The position numbers were made by a program, and so were the translations under genes. The notes under the pieces were generated by a model. That model saw only the letters and a program-made list of their open reading frames with translations, ran no database searches and was not told where the DNA came from. This document shows, piece by piece, positions 58,768-64,000 of a DNA stretch of 64,000 bases. Origin of the DNA: an uncultured Gammaproteobacteria bacterium (GTDB taxonomy: Bacteria > Patescibacteriota > Patescibacteriia > UBA11705 > JABHMO01); contig CAZPYM010000001.1 of assembly GCA_964590105.1 (NCBI GenBank), positions 302,172-366,171 of the forward strand, given 5' to 3'. Each line of letters begins with the position of its first letter. The first letter of the stretch is position 1.

Positions 58768-58841
58768 TTCACCTCCTCAATTTGAACATTTCAATTTATC
58801 AACAATTACCATTTTTGTCAACATCAACCACGCAATTTATC

Positions 58842-58870
58842 TTGACCAATGAATTTTTATGTGTTATTCT
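58842..58870 (+). promoter_or_regulatory. sigma70-like promoter for the 58915..59193 gene
   Basis: TTGACC (58842-47), 17 nt, then TATTCT (58865-70). The RBS aaggagg lies 5 nt before the ATG at 58915. Confidence 0.45.
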
Positions 58871-58914
58871 AAAATTACGTTTTTTAGCAGAACTGTTAAC
58901 AGCAAGGAGGAACC

Positions 58915-59193
58915 ATGACGGGATTAAGCACACAAGGAAGATTTTGCGATGGAGTTGATGAGGACGGTGTGATCTGCAACGCGCTCATGGTAGAAAAATC
59001 TGTCTTCTACCACTGCCCTGCCTGTGGCCACATTCACATGCTGCCCGAAGCCGAGGTACAGCAAAAATTGGAAGAAGCGCAAAAAAGAAATAATCGTCAC
59101 GCCTACATGCGGGTCGGCGCTGCTAATCCGGCAATTGACAACGACGACGTTTTTTCGACCCCCCATAGCCGAAGTCGAGGCCGCATCCGTTAA
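58915..59193 (+). CDS. small zinc-ribbon protein, function unknown
   Basis: CDGVDEDGVIC...HCPACGH Cys/His pairs; strong SD sequence; 92 aa. Confidence 0.45.
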   Translation: MTGLSTQGRFCDGVDEDGVICNALMVEKSVFYHCPACGHIHMLPEAEVQQKLEEAQKRNNRHAYMRVGAANPAIDNDDVFSTPHSRSRGRIR

Positions 59194-59215
59194 AAATAAA
59201 TTTAAAAAACATCAA

Positions 59216-59242
59216 AACGTGATCCCGCTAGGTCACGTTTTT
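59216..59242 (+). terminator. rho-independent terminator after the 58915..59193 gene
   Basis: aacgtgatc-ccgcta-ggtcacgttttt. Confidence 0.55.
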
Positions 59243-59345
59243 AAAATTCAAAACACAAAATTCAAAATCAAAAGAAAATTTCAAGCCCAAAATAAAAAAT
59301 CCAAAGGCGCACCTTTAAATTTTAAGTTTTGGATTTTGGGCTTTA

Positions 59346-59843
59346 TCACATAAATGACTTCACCGCTTTCAAAGCCTCCGGAAACAGCGGCACAAACACA
59401 CTGCCAATCGTAAGCAAAGTTTTGCCGACAACAGAAACTGACATCTGCCACATCAGCCAGTCATTCAAAGGATATTTCAAAATAAAATTTAGAATTATAG
59501 CCAAAATAAAAATTCCCTCTACAAAACCAAGAATAAATCCGAGCAAACGATCAAAAGTAGAAATAAATGGCAGAATTGTAATAATACGAAAAATTTTACC
59601 AAAAACCCAAAACAACAGGCTGACGATTTTTATTGCCAAGCCAAATATTATTACAAAAGCGATAATATTGGAAAAGTTTGAACCGCCAAACCAGGAAGCT
59701 ACGATTGGAAAAAATCTGCTGGCAATGATAGCCGCCACAATAATCCCGACGATTGATCCGAGCGATTCCAGAAAACCTTTTTTTAATCCAAGCAATGCTA
59801 GAATTAGTATTATACCAAGCAAAATGTAATCAAGTATCATCAT
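59346..59843 (-). CDS. cvpA: CvpA-family membrane protein
   Basis: MMILDYILLGIILILALLGLKKGFLESLGSIVGIIVAAIIASRF matches the CvpA N-terminal signature; four TM helices. Confidence 0.65.
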   Translation of the reverse strand: MMILDYILLGIILILALLGLKKGFLESLGSIVGIIVAAIIASRFFPIVASWFGGSNFSNIIAFVIIFGLAIKIVSLLFWVFGKIFRIITILPFISTFDRLLGFILGFVEGIFILAIILNFILKYPLNDWLMWQMSVSVVGKTLLTIGSVFVPLFPEALKAVKSFM

Positions 59844-59881
59844 ATTTTTATTGCAAATGTATTATAACATTTTTTAAAAAA

Positions 59882-59911
59882 CAAAAAAACCCTGGATTAG
59901 CGAATCCAGGA
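59882..59911 (-). terminator. rho-independent terminator after the high-GC beta-CA-like gene
   Basis: On the minus strand: cctggattcgctaatccaggg followed by tttttttgtttttt. Confidence 0.55.
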
Positions 59912-59920
59912 TTTGTATCT

Positions 59921-60343
59921 TTACGCTGAGTCGGGCAACGGTCCGACACGCCAGCTGCTACCGTGCGATTGGCGGGCGAACAGCACCGCCACGCTCACGC
60001 ACGGAAACTCACGGGCAATAATTCTTTTGGCCGCATCCAAATCGCGCCGATAGGCGTCAAGTTCTGCTTGCGGGCTCGGGAATTTTGCACTACCGCCATA
60101 AGCGCCGCAGTCCTCATGTCCGATCAAGATGATTTCCATCACTCCGTGCGCCTCGACGGCGAGCTTCATGTCCTTCAACAGACCGGATCGACGCAAAACT
60201 TCAACCACTGCTTTCTGGGCGCCGGCTACGGCCAGCAGATCGTATGAACCGGTGAGGCCCTGTTCCGCGGCAAAATTCACAATCGCTTGCTGAATTCGGA
60301 AATCCATACAAGTCAGAATCAAAGCGTTGCATTGATGTCCCAT
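59921..60343 (-). CDS. minimal beta-carbonic-anhydrase-like protein (140 aa), the GC-rich paralog
   Basis: CMDFR (C-x-D-x-R) and HEDCGAYGG (H-x-x-C-G) lie ~64 aa apart, as in beta-CA zinc-ligand motifs. GC is ~55-57%, against ~33% in the adjacent paralog. Confidence 0.55.
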   Translation of the reverse strand: MGHQCNALILTCMDFRIQQAIVNFAAEQGLTGSYDLLAVAGAQKAVVEVLRRSGLLKDMKLAVEAHGVMEIILIGHEDCGAYGGSAKFPSPQAELDAYRRDLDAAKRIIAREFPCVSVAVLFARQSHGSSWRVGPLPDSA

Positions 60344-60475
60344 CTCGTCCCTCCTCTTTTCAGGGCCAGCAATAACTGCCTGATGTTACAGACTACCAAA
60401 CCAATAATAAAATGTCAATGCTTATAAAAAAAGACCTGCTTTAGCCGGCCTTTTTATTAAATATTATACAATTTC

Positions 60476-60886
60476 TTAAACTTCAATTATTTCAATCTTA
60501 TTTTCAGAATCAAAAGTTAAAACCATTTTCCTTACATTCAAGTTAGAAAATTTTTGGTAGATCAATTCTTCCGCTTTGTTTAAGTCCTCAATATACTTTG
60601 CTTTTTCTTCGTCCCATGAAGCAAAGGTCACGCTACCGCCGTAAGCGCCGCAATCCTGATGAGCGATCAAAATTACCGTATGGCTTTTGTGAAGACGGAC
60701 TGAAATATCAAGCTGTTTTAAAACAGCTGCTCTGGTATCCTCGTCAATAATTGACTTTTGGACTCCGGCCATTGAAACCAAGTCAAAATCATTTTGCAAT
60801 CCTTTGTCTTTTGCCCATTGATAAATAGCCTCATGAAAACGAAAATCAATACAGGTCATTAAAAAATTATTACATTCATGTGACAT
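60476..60886 (-). CDS. minimal beta-carbonic-anhydrase-like protein (136 aa), the AT-rich paralog
   Basis: CIDFR and HQDCGAYGGS motifs; ~40% identical to the 59921..60343 product. Confidence 0.55.
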   Translation of the reverse strand: MSHECNNFLMTCIDFRFHEAIYQWAKDKGLQNDFDLVSMAGVQKSIIDEDTRAAVLKQLDISVRLHKSHTVILIAHQDCGAYGGSVTFASWDEEKAKYIEDLNKAEELIYQKFSNLNVRKMVLTFDSENKIEIIEV

Positions 60887-60981
60887 ACTGGTTTAACTGA
60901 TTAATTTATAAAATAGCAAAGAGGAAAAAGTGACAATTGAAATTTGCAGTTTCAATGTCACGTCTCCCCTCTCACTGTTTT

Positions 60982-61422
60982 CTATTTTTTTTGACTAAAA
61001 CCCCTCTGCTCAATCCTTCGCTGATGTTTTCTGCCGACTTTGACCCGCGCCAATTCTTTTTCAATCATGGCGGAAAGCCTGGCGAATTCTACAGCATCAG
61101 TTGCTTTGGTTTCTTTTAATTCTTTTGCCCGCTGAAGCGCAGCCTCGGCTCTTGCCAAATCAATTTCCTCTGAACGTTCTGCCTTGTCAGCCAAGATCAC
61201 CACTTTTGTTGAGAGCACTCCCAGAAATCCGCCGGCCACGGCCATCAGAACTTTTTTCTCACCAGTTCTAACCACCATTTCACCGGCAGCCAAAACTGAA
61301 ATCAATGGAATATGATTTGGCAAAATAGTAATCTCGCCCTCCCTGGTCGGGACAGTTATAGAATCCACTTCTTCCTTGAACACTACACGTTCAGGCGTGG
61401 CAATTTTAAAATTTATTTTCAT
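60982..61422 (-). CDS. atpC: F0F1 ATP synthase subunit epsilon
   Basis: MKINFKIATPERVVFKEEVDSITVPTREGEITILPNHIPLIS; it directly follows atpD. Confidence 0.9.
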   Translation of the reverse strand: MKINFKIATPERVVFKEEVDSITVPTREGEITILPNHIPLISVLAAGEMVVRTGEKKVLMAVAGGFLGVLSTKVVILADKAERSEEIDLARAEAALQRAKELKETKATDAVEFARLSAMIEKELARVKVGRKHQRRIEQRGFSQKK

Positions 61423-61476
61423 AATCTAAATTAGCAAATTGTTTTCTTTGCGATATTTACGCTTTTCTCCTACTCC

Positions 61477-62868
<1,392 letters not shown>

Positions 62869-62874
62869 TTAGAA

Positions 62875-63831
62875 TTATTTTCTCATTAATGCGGCCGCGC
62901 CGGAACTGATTTCAGCAATTTCCTGAGTAATACTCGCTTGCCGCGCGCGATTGTAGGACAAAGTTAAGTCGTCAATCATGTCCCCTGCCGCGTCGCTGGC
63001 ATTTTTCATTGCCACCATGCGCGCGCTGTGTTCAGAAGCTTCTGACTCCAGTACCGTCTGATAAATCTGCATTTCAATCAGCCGAGGAAGCATTTCCCGC
63101 AAAACAACCTTTGCCGAAGGCTCAAAAATATATTCATATTTATACTCGCCTTTGCGCAAATATTTTTCTTTTTTGTCATGAATAAATTCTTTGCGTGTAC
63201 TGACCCCCTCGCTCATTCCAACAACACCCAAATATTCGTCCGGTTCAGTTTGAATAGGCAAGAGTTGTTTGACTCGCGTCACTTGATTCATTGAAGTCAC
63301 AAAATCCGTAAATACTATAAAAACTTTGTCATATTTCCGCTGTGTAAAATCACTGATTACCATTTTTGAAAGCGCCGAGATATCTGTTATTGACAATGTT
63401 AAATCCTGTTTAACAAAATCAGCCACAATATTAAAATTCATCGCCCGCACAATATCACGAGACTTGGTGCCAAGAGAGATAATTTCAGTGGCTTTTACTG
63501 ATTTTTCGTATTTTTTTATTGAGGCAGCCGCCTTTTGCGCAATCTTCAAATTAAAACCTCCGCAAAGTCCGCGATTTGAACCGACCAGTATCAAACCGAC
63601 TGATTCCACTTGCTTTGGCTGGCGCAACAAAACATGCAAATCCGGATTAGTTTTTTCCGCCAAATTCAAAATCGTCGCCCAGGCCAAGTTGGCATAATCA
63701 CGAGTAGCCAAAACTGAGGCAACTGCTTTACGCATTTTTGCCGCCGCTACCATTTCCATCGCCTTGGTTATTTTTTTCGTATTGGAAATGGATTTCATCC
63801 TGCGTTTTAATTCTCTAGTTCCCGATGCCAT
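62875..63831 (-). CDS. atpG: F0F1 ATP synthase subunit gamma
   Basis: MASGTRELKRRMKSISNTKKITKAMEMVAAAKMRKA and the C-terminus ...ITQEIAEISSGAAAL. Confidence 0.92.
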   Translation of the reverse strand: MASGTRELKRRMKSISNTKKITKAMEMVAAAKMRKAVASVLATRDYANLAWATILNLAEKTNPDLHVLLRQPKQVESVGLILVGSNRGLCGGFNLKIAQKAAASIKKYEKSVKATEIISLGTKSRDIVRAMNFNIVADFVKQDLTLSITDISALSKMVISDFTQRKYDKVFIVFTDFVTSMNQVTRVKQLLPIQTEPDEYLGVVGMSEGVSTRKEFIHDKKEKYLRKGEYKYEYIFEPSAKVVLREMLPRLIEMQIYQTVLESEASEHSARMVAMKNASDAAGDMIDDLTLSYNRARQASITQEIAEISSGAAALMRK

Positions 63832-63836
63832 AAAAT

Positions 63837-64000
63837 TTATTCTACCCCTTCAACTTCGACCATCATTTCTTCGGCTGTTGAAGCATACTCATTAACTAGT
63901 CTTTTTATCTCCTCTTCCAGCTTTTCATCTAGGTCTCCCTTGTCAACAATCTCTTTCAATGTGACTTTAGCGCTATTATCCAAATATTTATACAAACCTT
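63837..64000 (-). CDS. atpA: F0F1 ATP synthase subunit alpha, C-terminal end only (gene continues beyond the window)
   Basis: My own translation gives ...LYKYLDNSAKVTLKEIVDKGDLDEKLEEEIKRLVNEYASTAEEMMVEVEGVE*. It sits directly upstream of atpG. Confidence 0.7.
   Translation of the reverse strand, partial: GLYKYLDNSAKVTLKEIVDKGDLDEKLEEEIKRLVNEYASTAEEMMVEVEGVE

Overview
This is a low-GC (~35-40% by eye) bacterial segment with compact housekeeping genes and the gene repertoire of a reduced-genome Candidate Phyla Radiation/Patescibacteria-like organism. Plus-strand genes include a redoxin, queA, an AMMECR1 protein, a YhaM-like OB-fold/HD nuclease, a GT4/GT2/O-antigen-ligase-like glycosylation cluster, a LigT/ThpR 2H phosphoesterase, a WecB/TagA glycosyltransferase fused to NUDIX, gltX and an M23 peptidase. 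Minus-strand genes include fmt, def, a PriA with degenerate ATPase motifs, a Memo-like protein, clpB, a radical SAM enzyme, one 2890-aa secreted surface protein, a XerC/D-type recombinase, alr-ftsQ-ftsA(PilM-like), serS, lysS, greA, mreBCD-PBP2, proS, a UvrD/AddA-type helicase-nuclease, two beta-carbonic-anhydrase-like paralogs and atpCDG plus the end of atpA. No CRISPR array, rRNA or convincing tRNA was found. The strongest anomaly is a ~2 kb compositional island at 22.8-24.7 kb, where one 317-aa ORF has ~65% GC and GC3 near 100% while its RBS, terminator and flanks are AT-rich and native-like. Other anomalies are a GC-discordant tandem pair of minimal beta-CA-like genes, a ~66-bp imperfect direct repeat bracketing a small ORF, two families of SD-less repetitive leader motifs, recurrent CCGCC-N3-GGCGG mini-hairpins upstream of three genes, a candidate ~250-nt ncRNA with its own promoter and terminator, and the dispersed AMMECR1/Memo/radical-SAM trio.
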